DNA of 64,000 nucleotides from Octopus sinensis (taxonomy: Eukaryota), in the NCBI RefSeq assembly GCF_006345805.1, contig NC_043013.1, positions 57,474,001 to 57,538,000 on the forward strand, written 5' to 3'. Every line of letters starts with the position of its first letter. The first letter of the stretch is position 1. Made by a program: the position numbers and the translations under genes. Shown here piece after piece: positions 13,236-25,199 of the stretch. A model generated the notes under the pieces. The model saw only the letters and a program-made list of their open reading frames with translations, ran no database searches and was not told the origin of the DNA.

Positions 13236-14192
13236 ACCTTGAATACCTTGACCGACCAGTCCGTCAGGTGTCCATTTGACACCGCTGGTCACGGCACGCT
13301 GTCCACTCCTCTCTGGATCACGCCTTCTTCATCCATGTGGTCCCAATCGCCCTCCTAAAATCGTAACTCCATCGTCGTGGAGGCCTTCCGAGTGGTCGTT
13401 TCCGCTCGCGCGGGTCCACCGATTATCGGTGATCCGGGCGACGTGTCCAGCCCATCTCAACCTGCTGCGTATATATCATATAATGACATCTCTCACGCTG
13501 GACTTCTTTCTGATGACCTCGTTACTGATGTGCTCTCTCAACGAGATTCCAAGCATTGACCTTTCCGTTGCTCTTTCAGCCGTTACCAGTCTCTGTTCTT
13601 CTCTCTTTGTTGTAGCCCATGTTTCATTACCATATAACATTGCAGGTAGAACTGTGCTCTTGATGAGGTTGGCGCGGGTGGTCCTGTCCAACCTTCCCTT
13701 GAGCACATCCCTTATGCCATTGAACGCCTTCCATCCGGCCCTTACTCTCCGCAAGATCTCCTTTTCGATATCTCGGCACATATTCCCTTCCTGTTCATAG
13801 GTAGACATATTCCTTTACCTCCTCTACTTCATCACTGCCGACCACCATTCGATCTTTCGGTACGTTGTCGGACCGTGTGAACTTCGTTTTCCTGCGGTTC
13901 ATCTTGAGTCCTACTATAGAGCTTTGATGTCGAGCTCCGTCAGCATGGTCTGAAGCTAATCCGTGGTTTCAGCGATGACTACGATGTCATCATCAAAAAG
14001 GAAGTGGGTGAGTAGCTCACCACTGATGTTGACACTGCCTTGCCAGTCGATGCCTCTGATGATCTGCTCGAGACATGCGGTGAAAATTTTTGGAGAGATC
14101 GCATCTTCTTGCTTCACCCCCTTCTCGATCGACACTCGTACGGGGGATGACAGCAGAACTAAGTCGGTGGTGCATCCGGAATTTGCCTCCAT
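13236..14192 (-). mobile_element. RTE-clade LINE, 5'-truncated, frameshifted
   Basis: RT motifs KGVKQEDAISPKIF and HFLFDDDIV; post-RT EILRRVRAGWKAF..VLPAMLYGNETW; C-terminal GKRPLGRPPRRW. Confidence 0.9.
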
Positions 14193-14248
14193 TGTAGTAT
14201 ATATTCTCCATTATAGTATATATATTCATATATATATATATAATATAA

Positions 14249-14280
14249 TTTCTATTGAATTTTTTGCTACCCTAAATTGA

Positions 14281-14318
<38 letters not shown>

Positions 14319-14630
14319 TAATCAATCTGGGTAGCAAAAAATTCAATAGAATTATTTTGCCACCAGCGGTCTAGTGAGAAAGAGGAAATAGTCAAAGACT
14401 ATAAATAAATTCAACAACAATTGAGGAACGGCTTCAATAGGCCATTCTCCCACTAGAAAGAGCAGCCAGGACTCCAAACGCAAATAGTAGTAATTCCGAA
14501 ATTTAAGGAAAATTAAAAAAAACATTGTATTTTTCCTTAAATTTCGGAATTACTACTATTTGCGGTTGGAGTCCTGGCTGCTCTTCCTAGTGGGTCGAAT
14601 GGCCTATTGAAGCCGTTCCTCAATTGTTGT

Positions 14631-14632
<2 letters not shown>
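14249..14632. repeat. Two abutting inverted repeats from one PLE-like terminal sequence
   Basis: About 35-bp arms 14249-14284 / 14318-14352 around (TA)n, and about 101-bp arms 14412-14512 / 14531-14632 with a short spacer. The structure ends in (TA)n. Confidence 0.8.
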
Positions 14633-14668
<36 letters not shown>

Positions 14669-14936
14669 CAATATGTAGATATACACCAGGCTGTGTCCAC
14701 GACAAGCACATCGGCATATTCCAGGACTTGAAAGTATATCTGTAGATGTTATATTCTATATGACAGGTGAAAATTCTGGGAACTACAATTAATTAGATGT
14801 TGGAAAATAGTTATTGCAGTAAATTCACGTTATAAAAAGCTGACAAATGTTAAAAGATAAAGCTAAAGAAATATGTTGGTATTATTTAATACGCATTAAA
14901 TATGTTTTATAAATAAACCTTCTGGCTGAAGGAAAA

Positions 14937-15118
14937 AGGACTGAAATTTGTGGGGAGGGGCGCAGTCGATCACATTCACTCCAGTGCTTCACTGGTACTT
15001 AATTTATTGATCTCGAAAGGATAAAAGGAAAAGTCCACCTCGGTGGAATTTGAGCTCAGTACCGTAAGACGAAACAGAGATAGGTATTTCGTCCAGCGTG
15101 CTACCAATTCTGCCAGCC
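14937..15118 (-). mobile_element. tRNA-derived SINE, monomeric form (family targeted by the Tx1)
   Basis: Minus strand CTGGCAGAATTGGTAGCACGCTGGACGAAATACC..GAGCTCAAATTCCACCGAGGTGGACTTTTCCTTTTATCCTTTCGAGATCAATAAATTAAGTACCAGT aligns with 22141-22497 and 42324-42535. Confidence 0.8.
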
Positions 15119-15616
15119 CGAACCCGTATAGGCTTTAGTAATAATAGTCACATAAATATTCAAGGAGAAAAACAAGTAAACCATCTCCTATAAGTAATTC
15201 TTCTGAGCAAGAATCAAAATAATAGTTTAGTTTTCTATCTGAAGAATTACAGACAGGACATGTATACCTGCGTCACTCCTATTAATAATGTAACATATGT
15301 AATGCGGATTAAATAAAACATTTTTCCATTTTTCTCTTTATTTATGTGTATGTACGTAATGTATGTCAGTATATATGTATGTCGGCATGCTTGTCTGCAG
15401 GATTCGTTTTTAATTCGAAGTAGGTACAGCTATAAAAGCGTGGAAATATTGGGTTAAGAAACCCTTTAAATAGAAAAAAAAAACATGTCGAAGACTATTA
15501 CTCACAGATTTATGTTTCGAGTTCCATTGCTGTAATCTAAATATTACACGTCTCTCAAACTTTCTAAATTCTTATGGCATAAAAGATCTATAAGTACACC
15601 TGTGTGTGTGTTGTGC

Positions 15617-15677
<61 letters not shown>

Positions 15678-16229
15678 CACACACACAGCGCACATTTCTA
15701 GTTGAAAGAAGTAGAATAAAGATAAACGTTGTTGTTGCTGAACTACATTTTAAAGTTAATTAACGTTATAATATTTGCCTTCTCGATGTCTGTAGGTCTC
15801 TGAGGTGGTGTGAGGTGCATTAATGGATCGGAGAACATCAATATTACGAGACAGATGAGCAAATAAATATGCTTCTCTTACAGATCGATGTCTTTTGCTA
15901 TTTAATGCAAATACATATTTACTTGGTTGAGATGTATCTGGATTTGGAATAGGTTGACAAACCATTTATTTCATTCCATCAGCGTAAAAGATTTTAAACA
16001 TCAGCTAAATAATCTAACACAAGTTCACTTTTATACTCAAAGCTGATTCCTTTCTGCCCCGAGTCGGCTTTTACGTGTGGTGCTGTTGTATAAAAATCCT
16101 ATTACCATTCCTGTCGCATATAATGGGAAGATCGCCTAAATCACCATTTATCTCTCTGCGTAGGCATTTAATTACATTCGTTTCGGTTCTGAGATCAAAT
16201 CCGATCGATATCCGATGCGGCTAACTTAT

Positions 16230-16672
16230 TATTATTGAGTGAGAGAGCAGTGCATGCCATCAAAGTGACACTGGGTTAAAATATAAGAAGCCCTGTATAC
16301 CCATCATCACTGCCTGTCTGATAGGGGTACACAAGGCACATGCATCACAACCAGTCATGTACCCGTCATGGTGATCTCATATCAAGATAAACAGTGCATG
16401 ACCTTGCAGGTGGGGCTCAGAATTTTTTTCAGGTCGAGTAACTCATCCAGCTCAAAAGGAACTTCAATAAGGATTGTTAAAAGATATTGAACGAAATGCC
16501 CCTGTTTCCAAAGGTGAATTATTCAAATCCCGTAAAATTTCCCTCAACATATGGCTATGATATTCCCTCACTACTTCTCGTGATCACAGATGCACATATC
16601 GTCAGCCACTAAGGGAAACGTTCATCCGGTTAAGGTCAAACAACTGACAAGCAAGTCTGTCGTATTGAGTAG

Positions 16673-16673
<1 letters not shown>
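16230..16673 (-). mobile_element. Interspersed repeat, probable LINE 3' UTR with (AAT)n tail
   Basis: Ends on the minus strand in CACTGCTCTCTCACTCAATAATAATAA. Recognised from memory as a common octopus repeat; no coding motifs seen. Confidence 0.4.
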
Positions 16674-16707
<34 letters not shown>

Positions 16708-16734
16708 CATTATTATTATTATTATTATCAAATG

Positions 16735-16800
16735 AAAGCGGCGAGCTGGCAGAAACTTTAGCACGCTGGGCGAAATGCGTAGCCGTATTTCGTCTGTCGC
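16735..16800 (+). mobile_element. 5' half of tRNA-derived SINE head (A box), interrupted by the Tx1 LINE
   Basis: GCGGCGAGCTGGCAGAAACTTTAGCACGCTGGGCGAAATGCGTAGCCGTATTTCGTCTGTCGC matches the head of the intact copy at 44180-44236 (minus). The SINE sequence resumes at 22141. Confidence 0.9.
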
Positions 16801-16936
16801 ACATGTGTTCGTGAAGTAAGAATTGCTGTTTCGTGGTGTTAATATTGTTAACAACTGTTGTTTCTTGTTAAACTGTTGAATAACTTAACTGTTGGAGTTT
16901 TCAATTGAAAACACTTAGTGCTTGTGGTAGCACGCG

Positions 16937-18112
16937 TTGTTCATTCCCCCTTTGGGGGGAAGAATGTCGTCTAGCATGGAGCCTACCGTTGGAGCAGAAA
17001 TACTTGTTTCTCCTGTTGAGAGGAGGAAATACATGTCCGGCGAGGAGCCAAATACAGACAAGGAAATAGGGGTTTCCCCCGCTACAAGAAGGAATAGCAG
17101 ACAGGATAATATATTTGATATTTTTGGAGATGTGTCTGAGAGCTCGTCAGAACTTTCACCAGAAGAGTTTCCGACTCTGCCAAAGAACAAAGGCATTGTG
17201 TCGAAGAGAATAATTGATGTGCCTAGCATCCAGATAGAACCAAAAAATGGAAAAAAAAGTTTTGCGTTGGCTGCTGGGGGTGGAACCCAGATACTGTCGA
17301 CGAATAAAAGCGAAATTATGAAATACAGCAAAATGATGGAAATAAATGACAACGGTGTGAAAATTGAACCTCCGCAAAAGTTATTACAGGAAGAAAAGCA
17401 AAAAAGCAATAATTTTCAAAACATATTGTCTACAAAAAGAAAAATTGAAAGAATGTCAGAAGAGAAAATAGAAAAGTGCTTAAAGCCAATATTGGGCGAC
17501 GTAGTATTTCTGAGAAGAGGAAAAAAATTCGGAACGGTGGAAGTAAGGTTCACAAATAAAGAAATAGCACACAAGAACTCAGTTGAAACGTTGAAAACGA
17601 ACGACGTGGAGTTAATCCCTATTATATGGGGATGAGGACGTCGCGAATAAAAATTACAAGGGTCCCGCCAGAGGTCGAACCTATGTGGTTGTTGGCGGCA
17701 GTCCTAATCAAAGAGGTAGAAAAAATTACTCTCCTCCAGGCTACCGCTACGGAAAACCCACTGGGATGGTAAAACAATTAATCTTCTCATTCAAGCGGAC
17801 CCTAAAATAATTCAAACAATTCCTGAGACAATTGAGGTAGGGGAGGAGAACCTCGTGGTGTTTGTTGAGGGCCGAAAACCTCGATGTTTTTTATGTGGTC
17901 AATTAGGCCACATTCGAAGGAACTGCAAGGAAAATGAAGAAGAGGAGGAAGAGGAGAAAAAAGACAAAGAGGAAGAAGATAAAGAAGAAACAGATGAGAA
18001 AAAAAACAACAAACAAAAGAAAAATACAACCAGCAACCCAGCCGAGAGCGGCGACTACTACAGAACAACGACCAAAAAAGACTGCCAGAAGAGAAAGAAG
18101 AAAAAAGCATAA
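16937..18112 (+). pseudogene. Tx1 ORF1 (gag-like nucleic-acid-binding protein), frameshifted
   Basis: ORF 16937-17635 continues after a frameshift (MRTSRIKITRVPPEV..) into 17855-18112, which has CFLCGQLGHIRRNC (CX2CX4HX4C) followed by an acidic/basic tail. Confidence 0.8.
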
Positions 18113-18495
18113 TAGCCGTATACACTAAAGATACTGAGCTCATGAGAGACATTCAACTCATAAAGACTGTAAAAAAATTGATAACCTTTCAGAGGAATTT
18201 ATCAATTACGACATATATGAAGTCTCAAATAAGACTTATAGAATTCTACAAAATAAGTACAGAAAGACTGTATCTTCATTGAGATTAGATTTTAACAAGT
18301 CATATTTCATGATTACCAGCCCGATCCCGCGAGAAAAGGAAAAGGTGGAGATTCCCCCTCCACCTGATAATTCTGTGTCGGTGGTGAGACGGGATTTTGA
18401 CAAATCTATTTCCCAAGACCGTCCACCTCCGACCCTGGATCAAAAAAGGTGGAGGGTCCCCCTCCACCGGACAATCCTAATTAAACAGGTAAGTG

Positions 18496-21400
18496 ATGGC
18501 TATTCACATTGGTTGTTTAAATGTTCATGGCCTGTTGTCAAGCTGGAAGCAAGGACGCTTTCTGAATGACATCAGGTCGAGAAATTTGGATGTAATTGTT
18601 GCAACGGAAACCCGGGTGAAGGGGCCAAGAGATCTGCTCCCCTCCTGAACGGCTACGAGAAATACGTTTCTCCTGAGGGCGGGAGGTGGGGGTGGGGTGT
18701 TGGTCCTACTAAAAAGAAACCGGGTAGCCGAGAAAAAGTTGGTTTTTTCTGACCAGAAGGCAGGCTGGTCGTTCTCGACTTGACATTCAGTTGTGGCAAG
18801 ACAATCAGGCTGGTCGCTATTTATGCACCAAACATTATTGGCCCGCAAACTGAATATTTTCGTGGCCTAGGAAAGTTCCTAGCCACGTCGCATTCACTAG
18901 TAGTGTTAGGAGACTCTAATACAATATGTGCAGCACACACAGATTGTGTTGGCTCAAACTCGAACATGAACAGAAAATGTAACCCAGGCTTTCGGGATCT
19001 GCTAAGTCAATTTCAGCTAGCAGATCCATATAGGTTGGAGCACCCGAACACTCCACAGTGGACGTGGTCAAATAGTGACGGGTCTACCAGAACATATCTA
19101 GATAGGATTTTAATTAGAGAAAAAGATAAGTCCATAGTTGAGTGTCCACAGTTTTTTCTAGTCAGCTACAGTGACCACAAGATGGTTACCTGTAAACTGA
19201 CGGTAGATAAGTTGCATAGACAGGGATCTGGCTACTGGAACTCAATACGTCACTTTGGCGATTGAGGAGTACAGAAAGCGGATCAAGATGTTAATACAGA
19301 GGGCATTAACAGGTACCATCATTAATAACAAATGGTGGTACGCCCTAAAAAGAGCCATCAAATATGAGTCTATTAGGTTTAGCATAAGTTTAGCTAAGAA
19401 GGGACGTAAAATAGGAGATGGTCTAGCTAAGGAACTAGAAGAAGCCTGGAGGACTGGTAATACAGACCAAGCGAGGGTGAAAAGACTGGAGTTAAACCAG
19501 CATCTTGAAGCCCACCACATGGGAAGTATTACCAGAGGTAAGTTACGTGCAATGGGAAGTGAAGGAATCAAAGCCGCTGGATGGGCCCGAGTGGTGGAAG
19601 CTCGGCAAGGAAATAGTTCCTCTATTCGGTCTTTGACGAATCAAAATGGTGTATTGATAAACGAACCCGAGAAAATGTGTGAGGTCTTTCGGGAGTACTT
19701 CGCCCAGCTGTTCGGGGGTGACGGCGGTCCTGGTGGTGGGAGAGCCCTCGAGGACTTTCTTACCGGGCTGCCGTGCCTCTCGGGGTCGGATGCGGAGTCT
19801 TGCGAAGGGCCAATCACACCTGAGGAGGTGATGGAGGCTTTGGCCGATTGTAAAGCGGGTAAGTCACCGGGACTTGATGGTCTTCCGTACGAGCTGTATA
19901 AATGTATGCCAGACTTGTTCGGGCAACTACTGACTGACGTGTACGCGAACTGGAAACAGAATGGGTTTATCCCCAGATCTGTGCGCGGGCAGTAGTGACG
20001 TTGGTCAGAAAGGACCCGGACAAGGGGGACGTTCTAGAGAATTTCAGGCCCATCACTCTGTTAAACGCAGAAGTGAAGATTTTGGCCAAGGTTCTAGCAA
20101 AAAGGTTGGCGCGTGTCGCGAATGGTATAGTCGGGGAGGCACAGACATGTGCCATCCCAGGCAGAACCATTCAGGATACCCTCCATCTTATTCGCTATAC
20201 CATAGAGAGGTTTGGTAATAAATCTGGCAAAGGTGGGGCATTGGTGCATTTGGACCAGTCTAAAGCTTTTGATAGGGTTGACCATCGATACCTCGCGACT
20301 GTACTTGCGCGGTTTGGCCTGGGCCTTGGCTTCCTCAGGTGGTTTATCGCTTTGTACCACAACATTGACTGGATAGTTCGGGTGAACGGTTTCCTTTCGA
20401 AGCCGTTCTGCATCAGACGCTCGGTTCGTCAAGGATGTCCGCTTTCACCACTTTTGTATGTGATGGCTCTCGAGCCATTACTGCAAAATTGAGTGGCATC
20501 CCGAGAGAACCAGGACTAGAGGAGTTTGTTACGGCTTTCGCGGATGATATCACTATAGTGTAACCACGGGGCACGCCTACGTGAAGTAGGTAAGACTATT
20601 GAGGCTTACGAGGAGGTAGCAGGAGCAAAGATTAACCGGGAAAAGTCGGTCGGCTTGCAGCTCGGCACCTGGGTTAGCAAGTCGATGCCTTCAGACAGTG
20701 TTGTTAGGCGCTGGACGGAGGGACCGGTTAAGTTGCTGGGAGTCTGGTTTGGACCAGGCCTCCAGATAGAGAAGAACTGGACGGAGGTATTGAGCAGGGT
20801 GGCTGCAGTAGTCAAGACCTGGTCTTGGCGGTGGCTATCCCTGAAAGGGAGGGCGGAAGTGGCCAATGTGTTTATCGCATCGGTCATTACCTACCGCCTG
20901 ACCGTCGTGCGCTGTCCGGATTCATGGTTGATCAGGTTGGAGAGACAGCTCTTTCGCTTTTTGTGGAAGGGCAGGTCGCCACTTGTGAAACGCTCTGTCT
21001 GCTGTCAAAAGCCTTTAAATGGAGGTTTAGGGATGCCTTGGTTAATGATGCGCAGACATGCGTTGAGGTTGAGGCACCTCTGGATTCTCCTGGATAGTGA
21101 ACGGGTGTGGTCTCCGCTGGCCAGACAAATGTTCCCTGAGTTCAAGAGTTTTTGCGAACAGGAAGCCTGGTGTTCTCGTAGACCGAGGTCGAGTGAGTGG
21201 CATAAAGAGTGCCGTAAGGCCCTCTTGCTGTTCCGGTGCTCGGGCAACGCCAGCGGTGGGGGTTCTACACGGATTTTATATAGTGGGTTGGTAGAGTCTG
21301 AATGCGACGATGGCCTGGGGTCGACTCTATGTCTCGGATTTATTCAACTGGACAGCTTGTTTCATCGTACATTCGGGTTGAGAACGTTGGACAACTTCCA

Positions 21401-21890
21401 AAAGTCCTTAACCTGGCAATGCTACAGAGGTGCCTTGCCCGTTTGGGATAAGCTCGCAAGACATGGTAAACGTCAGTCGCCGACCTGTCCAAGATGCGGG
21501 GGGGGGGACAGGGAAACCGTCCCTCACGCTATTGTTCAGTGTCCGGAGATAACTGAAATGTGGGCTTATGCTGAACATCTGTTGTCCGGCGAAGGAAGAG
21601 TACGGCTGTCGACTGAGTCAATTATAAAAATTGACCCACCGGGAGTTCTAACGAACGAAGGTAAGAATTGTTTTCTCACGGTTGTAGCAATAGCAAAAGA
21701 GGCAGAATGGAAGACTAGGATAAAAGGAATTAAGACAGGCAACTTTATCTCTGGTGACAATTTACGATCCTTTTTTTCTTTTCATTTGAAAAGGAAACTG
21801 TGGCTGGAGAAGAGGTGTCTGTCAGAGTGTACGTTCCAAAAGAGATGGAAGTATGTTGCACGAGTGTTGTGCGTGCAAGGAACCGTGTGA
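18496..21890 (+). pseudogene. Tx1 ORF2 (APE endonuclease, reverse transcriptase, C-terminal CCHC), several frameshifts
   Basis: APE: MAIHIGCLNVHG, ATETR, IYAPN, LGDSN, YLDRI, SDHK. RT: KSPGLDGLPYE, NFRPITLLN, DQSKAFDRVDH, RQGCPLSP, FADDI, INREKS. Tx1/L1-like: WSWRWLSLKGRAEVAN, GGLGMP, CPRCGGGDRETVPHAIVQC. Confidence 0.92.
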
Positions 21891-22140
21891 ATAGACGAGG
21901 AAAAAAAAAAAAAAAGGAAAAATAAAAAGGTATCAGCGGTAGATCGGGGCTTGTGGGATCGGAGCGTAACTTGATCATCGCTTCATTTGTATTGTTTTTG
22001 TACTGTGTATTCCATTCGATTTTTATGTATTGTATTTTATTTTTGATGTCACATTTATGTAAAATCATATCGATTCACTGATCCCATCAGTTGTACTGTC
22101 CATATCTATGTTTGGCCCCCGGTGGGCAATAAAGAAATTC

Positions 22141-22497
22141 GTATTTCGTCTTCCGTTACGTTCTGGGTTCAAATTCCGCCGATGCCGACTTTGCCTTTCG
22201 TCCTTTTGGGGTCGATAAATTAAGTACCAGTTACGCACTGGGGTCGATGTAATTGACTTAATCCGTTTGTCTGTCCTTGGTTGTCCCCTCTATGTTTAGC
22301 CCCTTGTGGGTAGTAAAGAAATAGGTATTTCTTCTGTTATTATATTCTGTGTTCAAATTCCGCCGAGGTCGATTTTGCCTTTCATCCTTTCGGGGTCGAT
22401 AAATTAATTACCAGTTGAGTACTGGTGTCGATGTAATCGACTCATTCTCTGTCCCAAAATTGCGGCCCTTGTGGCAAAATTTGAAACCATTATTATT
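22141..22497 (+). mobile_element. Composite SINE body: 184-bp unit with Tx1-like tail (22141-22324) plus resumed host SINE body and (ATT)n tail (22325-22497)
   Basis: Two tandem copies of GTATTTC..GTTCAAATTCCGCCGA(G/T)G..GGGGTCGATAAATTAA..ACCAGT separated by a tail that matches the LINE 3' end at 34 of 44 positions. Confidence 0.88.
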
Positions 22498-25199
22498 AGT
22501 ATTATCACTATATTTACTGCTGAACACGACGTATTTTCGAACGCTCGAAGTAAATCTTGTTTAAATGCTTTCTTTCTACCCATTTGTTACCGTTTTTCCC
22601 CCGTTTAAACATTGTTACAGTTTGTTAATAGAAACATTAGGGACCTGGCAATGGGTTCCTGCGTTCGTTTCGTCCCTAGTGGTGGGCTATATTCGACCCC
22701 AAAAATGTCCGGCGAACGTTTCAATCAAATATAAATCAACAGGATGGCGAAACGCACCTTGAAAGATTTAAGAAAAGAAAAAAAAAAACTTCCCCTCCAC
22801 AAAAGATGTTTTTGAATGCTGAAGATTTCTTTCCCTCCGTTACTCATAATATTACAGGAGAGGGGGAGGAAAAACCAAGAGCACTAAAGTTCAAAGTCCA
22901 CCTCACAGTAGCAGTAGTAAAACATTGGCACCTGCAGTGAGGGCAATGATAGCGGTGGCGGCGGCATCGGCGTCAGTAGTAGTAGCATTAGCAGTATTAT
23001 TAGTAGAAGTATTATCAGTGGTATTAGTATTAGCAACAGCAACGCAATTCAGAACACAGTGGATTTCAGCGGAGAAAATAATCCTACTATTGAAGGCGAT
23101 GACGAAGGTGTGCAGAGTGGCAATGGTGGGAGTGGTTACAATTCCACCACCATAACCATCAACAGGAATAGCAGCAGCAGCTGCAGCAGTAACAACGGCA
23201 ACAAGAACAACGTAGATTAAGTTTTCCTCAGTCTAATGAATATCACCTAAGTTTACAGTTTCCAACTGTATTCATTTTTTTCTTCTTTAGAAACCTTCTA
23301 CGGTCACTAATTGGCATCTATCTCTCGCTCTATCTAATCATATGCATATACATACATGTATATATATATTATATATGTATATGCAGTTACAGTTTATGTG
23401 TATTACTTTTGCAGTAAATCTTTTGCCAGTCGATTATTTAAATCAGTTCTCAATAAAAATCGTTTGATAAGCAAATTCGTATTAATTTTGTTTACATTCG
23501 TCAAGTGAAGCACCGGCCTGTCTTGTTGTTGACATTATTTCGTTAGTTCCCATCCTCATATTTCGTTAAAGGTTTAATCAGTTCCTGTCAACGTTTCTTT
23601 TTAAGTGGTAAAGTAAAAAAGAAATATATATATTAAAAACAAACGTCTTCACTTACGTAAAACATAAAATAAAACACATTGTTTTTATTATTTGCCATTC
23701 TCTTAACACTTTGGTCACATTAACTCAATGGATAAAACTTACGGTTCCACTTGTAGCAGCAAAACTAAAAGAATAATTCCATTAGTGATTTTGTTCTGGA
23801 GAATGAAACCTCATTCTGTCAAATAAAATCTTGCAAAGAATTATGGGTAAAAAATAAAGCAAAGAAAAGACAAAAGAAGAAATATGGCAGCGAGGCGGGA
23901 GGGGCGTGAGTAAGAAATCGAATTTTTGATTTATGGAAATTTGTCGACAGCAATTTTTAACCAATGTAGATCCATGTAGCTTATTTTATTCAACACTTCC
24001 AACTATTTCTTAGAATAGTTTTTAACTCCTTTTTCTATTTATTTACATTGGTTTCATTTTTTTTTTTACACTTAGGTGTTTTACTAAACGGAATATTGCT
24101 GGCAACAATCAAATTATCCCTGTACCATAATTCTATACTGCTTCCAACGACATCACTTTGAATCAACAAGTTGGAATATAGGTTTTGTGTTTCGCTAGAA
24201 AAGCAACAAAAGTATATATTTTTTCTTTATGTTTAACTGCTATTATTTGAGGAAGGATATTTTTAAAATCCTATTCTTCAATCTGTGTGAATCATACATT
24301 TTATTTAATATATTTGTTTTTCTCTCTTCAGCAAAGTGAACAGATATATATATTAAAAACAAACGTCTTTGAAACACATTTAGGCACAACAACGCAACAA
24401 ATTGTTAACTAGTTTCTATCCTGAAACATGCCAAGCTGTCACCATCAGCACTTTTACATTTTTACATGTCTCAACTTCATCATATATTTGTGAGCAATGT
24501 GTATGTGTGTGTGTGCGTGGCTGTGTGTGCGCGATGCAGTTTCATGCGTGTTTACATATGTATGCAAATACGTGTTTCCATATGTGTGTAGGTGTATGTA
24601 TATAAGAGGGAAAAGCACACAGGCAAGCAGATAACTATATATAAATGTACATACCTGTCTGTCGGTCAGTCAATCTATCTAAATTATATGTGTGTGTGTG
24701 TGCGTGTGTACTTATGTATTTATATATATATGTAGGTTTATTATACATCTATATACACATACATTCTTACATACCGACAGACAACAGACATACAGACAGA
24801 TAGATAGAGAAATAAATACATACTGACAGATATTTAAGTGCAGATATATAGAGACAGGCGCACAGACAGAGTTTATCATCATTATTTTACGTCCTTTTTT
24901 CCATACTTGCATTTGTTAGACGAGTATTCCCTATAATAATTTCTTGCGAAAAACGTCTGTCCATAACCATCATTTTACGGCGTAACTTTAAGTTCAATCT
25001 CCGCCAGTTCTTCCTATCTGTCTTTATTAACCTTTCGTTTTGGTGACATTATCTAACTGGTCTCTTTTATCCTTCATTTGTGCATCACTTGTTCCTAGAA
25101 ATGCAGGCTTCTTATCAGCCCTCTACAGCTGATTTTTTTTAATATTCAGCTATCTGTGCTCCATCGCACCCTCAAAGTAAAAACCTATCGGAGCAACGT

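Larger units (their letters stand above)
16801..22140 (+). mobile_element. Near full-length Tx1-clade (L1 group) non-LTR retrotransposon, about 5.3 kb, decayed
   Basis: Short 5' UTR, ORF1 with CCHC knuckle, ORF2 APE-RT-CCHC, and a 250-bp 3' UTR ending AATAAAGAAATTC. Flanked by GTATTTCGTCT at 16785-16795 and 22141-22151 (target-site duplication). Confidence 0.92.

Noticed and set aside
13276-13800. 174-aa plus-strand ORF (also 16915-17409 minus and other ORFs overlapping LINEs)
   Set aside because: These are antisense or alternative frames of RTE and Tx1 coding sequence.
22141-22497. Repeat-spacer-repeat pattern reminiscent of a CRISPR array
   Set aside because: Eukaryotic context, the repeats are long SINE bodies, and there are no cas genes.
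22860-23220. Ser/Gly/Asn-rich or Ala/Val-rich open frames after a plausible splice acceptor
   Set aside because: Built from degenerate AGT/AGC/AAC trinucleotide repeats. No domain, no partner exons, and two frames are equally open.
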